From the human T2T-CHM13v2.0 reference genome, Homo sapiens: a DNA stretch of 64,000 nucleotides. Positions 44,813 to 55,890 of this stretch are shown here, in pieces (position 1 is the first letter of the stretch; every line of letters starts with the position of its first letter). The stretch lies in assembly GCF_009914755.1 (NCBI RefSeq), contig NC_060931.1. One strand, 5' to 3'. The position numbers and the translations under genes are program-made. The notes below the pieces were generated by a model. That model was not told the DNA's origin. It ran no database searches and saw only the letters and a list, made by a program, of their open reading frames with translations.

Positions 44813-46291
44813 ATGTGCTTGATTGGCTTGAATATTTCCTCATCAAACTAAAGATGAATTTTATATACCCATTAGTGTCATTTTATTCCTTTGGGAAAAA
44901 AAGAATGGTGATGTGGCTGGCTGTTGTCTACCCCTTTAATTCTGTTACTCTCATTTACATCTTTGTGTAAGGAGCCATTCTGGTAAGGAGTAGGGTTCAT
45001 GAATTTCTGTTCTGGTGATTAATATCTTTCAGGGAATGTTGTTGGTAAAATGTTGAGTGCTTTGAAGAAATGTGTGTTATTGTATGCATTTCTCAATGCC
45101 AGTGTTCCCTGGAACACTGACTCCGCACGATGTCGGTGTTTCATGAAGACCAGTTCATTGGCCACGTAAGGTTGGGAAACGCGGCTTCTCAAAGTTTGAC
45201 ATGGACTGTAAGGACATTAAAGGCTCAGAGAAGGCTTGTCTTAGAGAAGAGTTTTTAAGGTGTCCAAACCATTGTTCCCCATTCCTGTTTTACTATGGAA
45301 ACCTTTTTAAAGCAGCTTGCTAACTTCCTGTAGGACTTCGGTGTTGTGAAGGGCAGGTTTGAACAACGCAGGGTAATAAATATGCAACTGTTATTGAATG
45401 CTCTTCTTGTGGTTTTAGCTTTAAGGCCCGGGCATTTGTCTGCCTGGTTTTGCTGGACACAGAGGCTGGAGCCTGGCTACCAGGTGCCTGGGTTAAGCTA
45501 AAGTCTGGGGTCTCTTCCCATACACTTAAATGCAGAGTCTCTTGCTGAAGCATGGCCCTCATTCTGCAGAGGGAATTGTGGCCCTATGGCACTCACTTGC
45601 ACAGTTCCTGACCAAGTGGGGTCCACATCTATCTCACCAGCCCCTTCCCTAGGGTCCCCATTGTGCCCACTGCTCCCCCGCGTGGCCACCGTTCCTTCTG
45701 TGCTGTCAGGGCCTTTGCCCTCCTCTTCTCTCTGCCCTTCTGCTTCTGGCATTCCTGCCTTCTCTAGTCCCATCCTCAGCAGGAGGACCCCGACCCCCTC
45801 CTTTCTCATCCAGAGCTGGTTCCTGTCTTCCTCTTACAACACCGTAATTGTAGCTACACACAGCAGGCACCTTTATGTTTACCTTTTTCCTCATCAGACC
45901 ACGGGCTCCGCAAGGAGAGGGACATCATGACAGGGATGATGTCGGCCGTTCATGTCTCTACTGTGACACCCAGTGTGGGAGCCGACACTTCCAAGCACTC
46001 AGTGAACAGCTAGGAAACAAGTTAACAGGAAGTAAAATGGCAGGGCATGGTATTGGAACACCCGGGAGTCAGGGCGTTTCCTTCTGTGTCAGAGCAAGGC
46101 AGGCTTTTTATTTTGAAACATGAACAAATGCCAGTTATTCTCATCACTAGTTAGATGGTTGCGCTGTTTTAATAATGGAAACACTGCAGTTCTCACACTA
46201 AACACGATGGAAATGAATGATTACATAGTAGTTTCCACCAGTGGAATGCACCTACTGTGAAGTTGTGTCTCAGGATGTGTTTTTCCAACAG

Positions 46292-46360
46292 CAACATCTG
46301 CGCAAGTGGATGGAAGTGGTGGTGATCACCCACAAAGGGGGCCAGAGGAGCGACGGAAAC
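46292..46360 (+). CDS. TRRAP: TRRAP exon 24 in window, 69 nt, QHLRKWMEVVVITHKGGQRSDGN
   Basis: caacag|CAA ... AAC|gtgagt. Confidence 0.95.
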
Positions 46361-47876
46361 GTGAGTGACTTGTTTGTTTCTGGGAAGGGCACCAGCCGCC
46401 ATGCTGGGTCAGTGCTAATGCCGGGACAGTGCTTTCATTAAAATGCCGGTCAGAAACCTAGTTTGACGTGATTGTAGTCCTTGTAAATTGTTAAACACAT
46501 TTGATTGGTATTCTGTTTTGCCTATCTTTTCTCTTAATTGCTAAACATTCCTTTTTATGTTTCTTTAAAATCTCCCCTTTGGTTCACTTTAATATGACTC
46601 TTCTGTTGAGAATTCTGGGGGGCTTGAATGTTAGTATTTCAATTTTACCAGCTCTGCTTTAAACAGTGTATTTTCTAGCCTGTCCTTGGCAGCTGCTGTC
46701 TACATGGTGGTGCGTTCCTCAGCTATTGTTTCCATTGCTTTCCATCACGGGGTGGTCGGTAAATGTGTTTAATCATTATTGCCTGATAAAACCAACTGGT
46801 TTTTGGGACTGAAAGCTTTGAGGGGAATGTAAAAAGGAATCCCATAAATACTGGCACGTGTGTTTTCAAGGTCTGCGTCATCCACCCCAATTGTTTGCCC
46901 AGTTATATGACTGGCCCTTCAAAGCACATTTGTATGGTTTTAAAGGAAAACCGCTTCAGCTAAATCTTTTAAAGTGTCTAATGTGGGTCATTAAAGACTT
47001 TGTCTCTTAAGAATGCATGCTTTCTGCTGTTTTAAATCTAATATTATTTGTATATGTTTATTTTTTACAGTTTTTGTTTTTAACTTGCTGTCCTCGCAGT
47101 GGAATTGCCTTTTCCATGAGTTTCATAATCCCAGTGAAACATGACAGCAGTATTCCTATTAGGGACTTCCTTATAGTTCTTCAGAGGCATAATTAACGTG
47201 GCTTTTTGTCCTCGTGTGCCTTTGCTGGATGTGTTCCATCCTAACTTGGATTTTTCTTTTCTGGCTTTATTATGCTTTGTTTTGACCATTGTGTGTCAAG
47301 GTGTTTTGTTTATGTAAGTCTTGTTTCCTACTGCTTCTAAACAGCCAAGTAAGCAAAACTAAACCAGGATTTTTTTAAAGAAGTGATATGCCACGCATGA
47401 CCCTGTTAAAGGTTTGCTGTTTATATATGTGGAAGAGAATCAGGAACTCTTCGTGGAGGAGAGCAGAGTATATTAATGAGCCCAGGCTCCTGGGATGAGG
47501 TGCAGGTGTCTGTGTGCTGCTCTCCCTCTCTCATCTGTTAGGTACTTTTGCTTTACATTTTATATTTGTTTTTATAGTAAGCTATTAATTTTCTGGAACT
47601 CAGTCAGTTCTAGAATAAACATTTAAAAAAAAACCTAGTGGGTAGATTCAACCTCATTTGAATCAAAAAGATTTAATATAAAGTCCTTAATGTAGCCTAG
47701 TAAAAAAAAATAAAATATTTCATAAAAGTTAGCAGATTATTTGGAGGTGGGGGTGCAGTTGTATAGGGGATGGAGTCGTGGATACTGGGAAGTCCTTGAG
47801 CTCCTCCTGGAACATTTTTATCCTGTGATTGTGTTACCTGACCATCCAGGGAGGGTCCAGCTCTGTGAGGTTGGCC

Positions 47877-47946
47877 GCTTGTCTGAAACTCAGAGGCTAT
47901 GGTGTTTGGGGGCTTGTCTGAAACTCAGAGGCCATGGTGTTTGGGG
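47877..47946. repeat. 35-bp tandem duplication, 1 mismatch
   Basis: gcttgtctgaaactcagaggc(t/c)atggtgtttgggg x2. Confidence 0.9.
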
Positions 47947-48154
47947 GCCCAGAGACAACAGGGCCATGGCTTCATCACCTAAGCCTGGGGCCAGGCCACT
48001 GTTCAGCTCTTGAACTCTGACCATATTTTAATCTTGGAAAGTAGTTAGTTCCTGTTTGGTGGAATCCCCAAATGACAGTGTTCCGTTGAGACACTATAAT
48101 TGAAGATATGCTAGATCGTTGACTAAAGAAATAAGTCAAAGCTGCCCTCGAGCA

Positions 48155-48444
48155 TTTTTTTTTTTCTTTGAGACGGAGCCTCTGTCACCCAGCCTGGAGT
48201 GCAATAGCACAGTCTTGGCTCACTGGAGCCTCCACCTCCTGGGTTCAAGCTATTCTCCTGCCTCAGCCTCCCAAGTAGCTGGGATTACAGGCGCCTGACA
48301 CCACATCCAGCTCATTTTTCTATGTTTAGTAGAGATGGGGTTTCACTTTGTTGGCCAGGCTGGTCTTGAACTCCTGACCTCAGGTGATCCACCTGCTTTC
48401 GCCTCCCAAAGTGCTGGGATTACAGGCGTGAGTGACAGTGGCCA
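48155..48444 (-). mobile_element. AluS
   Basis: Antisense Alu. Confidence 0.88.
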
Positions 48445-49089
48445 GCCTGCCCTGAAGCTTTGGATACCCCTTTGATCAGAGTTCTGCCCCATCACTGTGT
48501 TTAGGAAGCTTCCCTTTTTAACCATGAGCTTGCAGGGGAGAACGCGTGACCACTTGTTATGTGTATGCACACATACATGCGTGCACACACACACCCACAC
48601 AGAGCTAGTTTTAGGAAGACTGCTTACTTTACATGATAACCCAGCTGTCCATTGGGTGCGGTGATGGCCTAAACCACCTGGACCTCTTCTGACTGTAGCC
48701 GGGAAAGAGGTTTTTGTTATTTTTTATTATCTTAGCCCTTCATATAAAATTTGTTCACTCTACAAAAGACTTTTTAAAAATGTACTTGCATACAACAAGG
48801 TCTTCCAGTTTCTCCCCTTTCACAAGAATCCTGAAACCCTATTTTGAAAACGTGCTGTAGGGAAGAATTCCACTGTTAGACACTCTCTGTCAGATGGGCC
48901 GTGTTTTGACATCGAAGGTGAAAGTGTGCTTTTTGCTGTTGAGCATTTGTTAATTACTGTGTGCTTTCTGATAATTTGTGTCTTTACTGTCTTGTTAACC
49001 CCAATAACCCTTACTGTGTTTGAGTATGTGGGAAGTTTTTATGTAAATAACATAAATAGAAAAAAGATGATTTTCCTCCCCATCCTCAG

Positions 49090-49143
49090 GAAAGCATTTC
49101 CGAGTGCGGGAGATGTCCCTTGTCTCCATTCTGTCAGTTTGAG
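49090..49143 (+). CDS. TRRAP: TRRAP cassette exon, 54 nt, ESISECGRCPLSPFCQFE
   Basis: cctcag|GAA ... GAG|gtgaga; phase 0-0; I recall this 18-aa segment being present in one TRRAP isoform and absent in another. Confidence 0.88.
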
Positions 49144-49272
49144 GTGAGAACAACCTATTAACAGTCAGTTTCTGACTTGCAATGTGAAGAAAAGTTTACC
49201 TTTTCTTTTCTTTTCTTTTCTTTTTACCTTTCTGTTGCCTTTTTTCATGCTGTAATTTTTGTTTTGGTTCAG

Positions 49273-49293
49273 CCTGCCATGGAAGGGGTAGAG
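49273..49293 (+). CDS. TRRAP: TRRAP cassette microexon, 21 nt, PAMEGVE
   Basis: long polypyrimidine tract, gttcag|CCT GCC ATG GAA GGG GTA GAG|gtgaga; in frame, phase 0-0. Confidence 0.82.
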
Positions 49294-49749
49294 GTGAGAA
49301 CTTGAGCGGAGCTACAGGAGGGGGTTGTTGTCGTTGCTGGTTTTGCTGTGACTCGTTAGCTGTGTCGTGGTTCTGTACTGGACAGAGTGCGTTGTGCCCT
49401 TGAGTGCAGTGACCTGTATTGTCTGTCTGTGGCAGAGTTGTATCAGTATCATTGCTGTGAACTGTCTGATGCCAAGCATGTTTTCTATTAGGATGTTTTA
49501 AGCAAGACTCTTAAGTTCGTGTGAGAATTGCAATGTCTCAATTATATTCAAGATTGAATTAGATTTTGTGTTCGTAACCTCTATCTGAATACACATAGCT
49601 AGCAACCTCCTGAGAGGAAACTCACAGAGTATATTGTGCCTGCTAGAAGTGGGAGGAATTACATGTTCTTTCACACTACTGACTGCCCTGAATTTAAAAC
49701 CTTACAGCTTGTCCCACTCACCCACCCAGTCCCCTTCATCTCCCTCTTG

Positions 49750-50078
49750 CGTGCACACACACCACACATGCACACACACCGATGCACTCACAACACGCGT
49801 GCACACAGACCACACGTGCACTCACACCACACATGCACACACACCACACATGCACACACACCAGTGCACTCACAACATACATGCACTCACACCACACATG
49901 CACACACACCACACGCGCACACACCACATATGCACACAACACATATGCACACACACCACACATGCACACACACCACAATGCACTGACAACACACATGCAC
50001 ACACAACACACATGCACACATACCACACATGCACACACACACTGATGCACTCACAACATGGTGCAGCATTGCACACAC
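49750..50078. repeat. CA-rich complex microsatellite (cacatgcacacacac-type units)
   Basis: About 330 bp of imperfect (CA)n. Confidence 0.92.
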
Positions 50079-50084
50079 CCCGAG

Positions 50085-50190
50085 CTTTCCCTCTTGTGTA
50101 AAATGGGGATGATGGCATCTGTTACTCCTGCCTCCCAGTGGTGTTGCAAAGACCCAAAGAAGTGGTTTCTGTGACAGTGCTTTGAAAATG
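50085..50190 (+). mobile_element. MIR core remnant
   Basis: tttccctcttgtgtaaaatggggatgatg..ctgcctcccagtggtgttgcaaag. Confidence 0.55.
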
Positions 50191-50752
50191 AAAAAGCAGA
50201 TTGTAAAAGTACCATTTTAGAATGTTATAATTTCAGGATAGAACTTACTCTTCCTAAGTCTTGCAGATTCTGGGGAAGAGAATTGTAGGGGGCATGGAGC
50301 TGGCCTTGAGCCCATTTTCCTCATTTTGTCTCCATCTCCTGCTTTGCCTTTTGGTGTAAAGAGAAATTCTGAAAAGTCTCTCAGGTGCTGCTGGGAGTGG
50401 GGCCCTTCCTGATCCGTGCTATCATCCCCTTCTTACCCCGAGGATCGCAGCGCGCACAGCGCAGCACGGCACATTGGAACGTGTCCCTCCCTTGTGGCCA
50501 TGGAGAATTCCTTTGAATGACAGGAGCAAAACTGGAAAGTGAGAAGGGAAAGCTGGAGCAACAGCAGCCCACCCCTGAGCTGTGAGACAGTAGAACATGC
50601 AGCACCCTTGGCATTTCACACATCTTTGATTTAATTCAGCGGAGCAGTTTGTCAGCTTTATTTTTAGGCCTGGTTGACAAATACTTAGTACCAGGATCAG
50701 TTGTTTATATACATTGATATTTAATTTCCAGGGTAAATAGTTAATTTTTTGA

Positions 50753-51100
<348 letters not shown>

Positions 51101-51561
51101 TAGGTTTTGAGGGCAAAAGACATCTGTGCCCTTAGAACTTAGTGTGTTGAGAGGACCTCGTGATACCTTGGCAAAGTAGGGCATCCTCACACTGCTCTGG
51201 CCCCAGGTGGAATCATCCCTGCTTCTGTGAGGGGACTATTATGGCAGCCTGGTAAGGTCACCTTTACCACTTGTGAGCACGCATGACAGCAAACAGCACG
51301 ATCACATCGGGTGTACACCGTCGGCCCCTCCACACCCCTACAATGGACAGGAATGCTGAAGGCCACGGGCAGTCAGTTTCCTTAGGACACAGCACAGTTA
51401 GAACCTAAGGCTAGTAAGTTGTGGCTTTTACATGTGAACCCTTCGCTTCACTGCCTAGCCTTGCCAACATAGTTAGACTATAGTAGGGTCTGTAGTGACG
51501 TTGACCTCTGTCACTTGCAAAATTAATCGACCTGTTTATAATTTCTGGTTTTCTTGATCAG

Positions 51562-51681
51562 GAAATGAAGATTTGCTCAGCAATTATAAACCTTTTTCAT
51601 CTGATCCCGGCTGCTCCTCAGACACTGGTGAAGCCTTTGCTAGAGGTTGTCATGAAAACGGAGCGGGCGATGCTGATCGAG
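51562..51681 (+). CDS. TRRAP: TRRAP exon, 120 nt, EMKICSAI...AMLIE
   Basis: gatcag|GAA ... GAG|gtaagg. Confidence 0.96.
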
Positions 51682-51906
51682 GTAAGGGCCATACTGAAGG
51701 CTGCTTCTCGCTCTGCCACCCTCCGGTGCTTATAGCGTCCTCACTTGATCGTATTTTCAATGGACGGAACAGCATAAAGACGTTCGATGTCAACATTTGC
51801 TTGTGGGTGTTCATGCACTCCAGTAACAAGGGACCTTGTTAGGTAGACAGCCTCAAGCTCTGAGAAGAGGAAGTTGTGAGATGCAGCATTCCCACATGTT
51901 TTGCAG

Positions 51907-52026
51907 GCGGGGAGTCCATTCCGAGAGCCCCTGATCAAGTTCCTGACTCGACATCCCTCGCAGACAGTGGAGCTGTTCATGATGGAAGCCACACTGAACG
52001 ATCCCCAGTGGAGCAGAATGTTTATG
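51907..52026 (+). CDS. TRRAP: TRRAP exon, 120 nt, AGSPFREP...SRMFM
   Basis: ttgcag|GCG ... ATG|gtaaga. Confidence 0.96.
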
Positions 52027-52304
52027 GTAAGAGCTGTGAGCAGCTGGAGTCAGGGGTCCCTTCAAATGCTTGTGAGCTGTCGTGCTCTGAAATGTTCAGT
52101 TCATATTTCACTATTCAGTGTCCTGGCTGCTTTTTTTTCAGATCCATTTGAATATTGGAAACAGCATTGCTGTTTGGTTGTGTCTGTGAAATGTGCAGGT
52201 CTAGGAACCACTCTTTATAGGACTTTGGTGGTGGTAGCAAATAAATGTTCTGCCAGGATTATAAAATCATAAAGTATGATTATTATTTAAAAGTATTTTC
52301 TAAG

Positions 52305-52595
52305 GGCCCACACCTGTAATCCCAGCACTTCGGGAAACTGAGGCAGGTGGTTTACTTGAGCCCAGGAGTTTGAGACCAGCATGGGCAACAGAGTGAGACC
52401 TTGTCTTTACAAAAAATATGAAAATTAGCCGGGCACGGTGGCACATGCCTGTAGTCCCAGCTCCTCAGGAGCTTGAGGTGGGAGGATTGCTTGAGTTCGG
52501 AGTTGGAGGCTGCAGTGAGCTATGATTTTACCACTGCACTTCAGCCTGGGCAATAGACCCAAGACTCTGTCTCTTTTTAAAAAGAAAAAAAAAAA
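52305..52595 (+). mobile_element. AluJ
   Basis: J diagnostics. Confidence 0.85.
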
Positions 52596-52757
52596 GCATC
52601 TTTTTAAAAAGCATGCGTGTGGTGCTTTTTTGGTAAGCCTTCTTTGAGAGATTTAGAAAGATTTTTAAAAGATTTAGAAAGATTTAACATTCATATCCTC
52701 TAACTTTCTGTGAGTTTGATTAGCTTAAAACGGCTTTTCTATTTGTTTTGCTTTCAG

Positions 52758-52922
52758 AGTTTTTTAAAACACAAAGACGCCAGACCTCTGCGGGATGTGC
52801 TGGCTGCCAACCCCAACAGGTTCATCACCCTGCTGCTGCCGGGGGGTGCCCAGACGGCTGTGCGCCCCGGTTCGCCCAGCACCAGCACCATGCGCCTGGA
52901 CCTCCAGTTCCAGGCCATCAAG
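52758..52922 (+). CDS. TRRAP: TRRAP exon, 165 nt, SFLKHKDA...FQAIK
   Basis: tttcag|AGT ... AAG|gtagcg. Confidence 0.96.
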
Positions 52923-53000
52923 GTAGCGCCCCTTCCTCCAGCCCCCAATGCCCAGGGGTTTAATCGAGACACGGTTCCCTAATTATCTCTTCTTTGACAG

Positions 53001-53182
53001 ATCATAAGCATTATAGTGAAAAACGATGACTCCTGGCTGGCCAGCCAGCACTCTCTGGTGAGCCAGTTGCGACGTGTGTGGGTGAGTGAGAACTTCCAAG
53101 AGAGGCACCGCAAGGAGAACATGGCAGCCACCAACTGGAAGGAGCCCAAGCTGCTGGCCTACTGCCTGCTGAACTACTGCAA
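53001..53182 (+). CDS. TRRAP: TRRAP exon, 182 nt, IISIIVKN...LNYC(K)
   Basis: tgacag|ATC ... AA|gtgggt; preceded by a 78-nt intron. Confidence 0.95.
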
Positions 53183-53404
53183 GTGGGTGCCTCCTCCCGC
53201 CCTGCCCCGCGGGACTGGCTCTGTCCCAAAAGCTCAGCCAGAGCCTCCTTCTACTCTGTACAAGGCTGTGGTCATTGGATGCGTGCAGTCAGATTGGTTG
53301 TGGAGAATGGGCTGTGTCTCTGAGCTGTTTAAAGGCAAGTCAGAGGCGTAGTTGTTAATGAAATTTGCTCTAAGTTAACCTGTCTTCTTCTTTTGACCCT
53401 CCAG

Positions 53405-53603
53405 AAGGAATTACGGAGATATAGAATTGCTGTTCCAGCTGCTCCGAGCCTTTACTGGTCGTTTTCTCTGCAACATGACATTCTTAAAAGAGTATATGGA
53501 GGAAGAGATTCCCAAAAATTACAGCATCGCTCAGAAACGTGCCCTGTTCTTTCGCTTTGTAGACTTCAACGACCCCAACTTCGGAGATGAATTAAAAGCT
53601 AAA
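53405..53603 (+). CDS. TRRAP: TRRAP exon, 199 nt, RNYGDIEL...ELKAK
   Basis: ctccag|A AGG ... AAA|gtgagt. Confidence 0.94.
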
Positions 53604-53714
53604 GTGAGTCCCACTCTTATGCTGTAGAAGGGTATGGGTATTTGGTCTGGTTTTCTAGGGAACTTTGGGCCCTTTTCTTTTTTTGCTGTGTCACTCTTGA
53701 ATAAATAGTAGAGT

Positions 53715-53875
53715 GAGCCAGGTGCTGTGGCATGTGCCTGTAATCCCAGGTACTCAGGAGGCCACAGCGGGAGGATTGCTTGAGCTCAGGAGTTGGAGGC
53801 TGCACCGAGCTATAATCACACCACTGCATCCCAGCATGGGTGACACAATGAGACTCTGTCTCAAGAAAAAAATAA
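53715..53875 (+). mobile_element. Alu right monomer (FRAM/AluJ arm)
   Basis: Single arm with A tail. Confidence 0.78.
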
Positions 53876-54216
53876 AATTAGTGGGCTGGGCTGTAGGTGA
53901 GAAAGTGCCGTTGCTCAGGAGCGTCAGGTGCATGCAGGAGTGACCCAGTGTTGAAGGGTGGTTTGTTAATTGCCTTGTTTTTAGAAAATGGCTTGTTTGA
54001 CATGAAAAGAATAAACCAGGCTGACATCTCTTTTCCACAAGTTTTTAACCTACCTTTCTAGTTGCTCTTTGCATAGGAGTCAAGGTTGGTAGTCACACCC
54101 TGGGTTGAGTTCCAACTTGATGGTGTGCTAAGGCCAAGACTAGCTGTTCTTCCCGTCTTAAGAAACAAACAGCATGGCTTTGTTTTTCTCCTTCTTTATT
54201 TAAATTTTTTTTGTAG

Positions 54217-54345
54217 GTTCTGCAGCATATCTTGAATCCTGCTTTCTTGTACAGCTTTGAGAAGGGGGAAGGAGAGCAGCTCTTGGGACCTCCCAATCCA
54301 GAAGGAGATAACCCAGAAAGCATCACCAGTGTGTTTATTACCAAG
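54217..54345 (+). CDS. TRRAP: TRRAP exon, 129 nt, VLQHILNP...VFITK
   Basis: ttgtag|GTT ... AAG|gtggta. Confidence 0.95.
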
Positions 54346-54398
54346 GTGGTATCACTATGTGTGTGGGTGTGAGAAGTAGCCTGGCATGTGGATGAACA

Positions 54399-54400
<2 letters not shown>

Positions 54401-54441
<41 letters not shown>
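54401..54441. repeat. (TG)20 microsatellite
   Basis: Perfect run. Confidence 0.95.
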
Positions 54442-54443
<2 letters not shown>

Positions 54444-55419
54444 AGGGGGTTCATTGAAATAAGTTTGTTCCGCCAACACGTTTATTTTTCATGATTGTGT
54501 TAGTTTTTAGCAGACCGTCACCTTAACGATTCTTGTTAGTGAGTTTTTGAAGGCAGCCTTACTTTGGAATGAATTAACTTTCCCACATTAATAGATTTAG
54601 TCAGAAATGGAATAGATCTCAATGAAAATTCATATAGCAGTTATTTTGTGAAAACCCCTGTTGCCGGTCAGCAGAGTTTCTGTGTTCCATTTTCATCTTC
54701 AGTTTTACAAAAGACTCTCCTAACAGCCAGTGAGCATATGAGACTGCCTGCAGTAGCTGCTGTGACTCCTCCTTTTCCAGTGAATGAAACCCTGTGGTGG
54801 CCGTAGTCCAGTCTGAAATGAGCTCGGTTTTAATATCTCTGTGCTTTACAGTTTGTGTTAGAGAGGGCTTTTTGAATTAAATGCCTGCATCATGTTATTT
54901 CCCCAAGGCTTACTGTATTGATCTTCACTGTTAAAGGCCGTGTTTGCCCTGAGATTCTCACACTGAGTGTTTGTTGGAATGCTGAGTGATGGCGTTCCTC
55001 ATCAGAAATACAGATTGCTGGTTTTCTTATCCATTTTGTCCTGAGATCAAGGCAGAGGGGACTGTTGTTTCCATTGGCAGATTCTTGGACCTTACATAGT
55101 CTTTGTCCTTTCAGCTGGGCCTCCTTCCTGAAGTGTTGACATTCCACCCTATGATCAGAGTGAGCCCAAGGGTTTATTCTTGGTCCCCGTACTGATATTT
55201 GCCTTATTCTGGGCAAGTGTAGGGAGATGGGGTCCAGACAGGACCCCTTCCCCTTTGTTACCTTCTCCAGGCTGTGTCTCCTGGGTCAGATGCTGCTGTG
55301 GGGATTTTGAACGTCAGGATGAGGAGAAAAGGAGCTGGCAGGCTGGAGGCTGTGGATGCAGGTGTGGGCCTGCCAAGAAGCAGTACATCTGGGGAAGAGA
55401 GGACCTTGGGGCTAAAAGG

Positions 55420-55790
55420 GACCTTGATAAAAACATGATTATAGTGGAAGACTTCAGTCTGTCTGTTTTTCAGAATTATTAAGACCTGGTAGACAGACAG
55501 CGGTTAGGATACTTAGTTGAATTGAATGATGCTGCCATTATACTTGATTTAATAGAGATGCGTAGAATATTCCTCAAAGAAGGCACATTTTTTTCTTATG
55601 TCAATGAAACACTTAAAAAATCTGTCAGATGCTTTCAAAACTGCAACAATTTTTTGAAAGTAGACATTTTTCCAGGTCACATTTTCTGATCATAATGCAG
55701 AAAAATGAGGAGTAGACAAAAGTTGACCAGGAAAAAACATCTCAACTACTTGGAAATTAAGAAACTCAGTCCTAAATCACCTCGAATCAA
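55420..55790 (+). mobile_element. Degenerate L1 ORF2 endonuclease-region fragment
   Basis: attatagtggaagacttca; ttttctgatcataatgca; ttggaaattaagaaac. Confidence 0.5.
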
Positions 55791-55890
55791 AGAGGTCTTC
55801 TTTTCCACCTCACCCTCCTCCAGCCCCTGCATCCTGACTCTTAAGCCTGCCCTATTTTAAATGTTGAATTTGGTGAATTTCTAATCCATT

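Noticed and set aside
49634-50118. His/Thr-rich and Cys/Val-rich ORFs on both strands
   Set aside because: Artefacts of the CA-rich repeat
51682-51906. CpG-retaining 225-nt intron as a possible small RNA host
   Set aside because: No convincing C/D or H/ACA box arrangement or long stem visible by eye; an Infernal/Rfam scan would be needed
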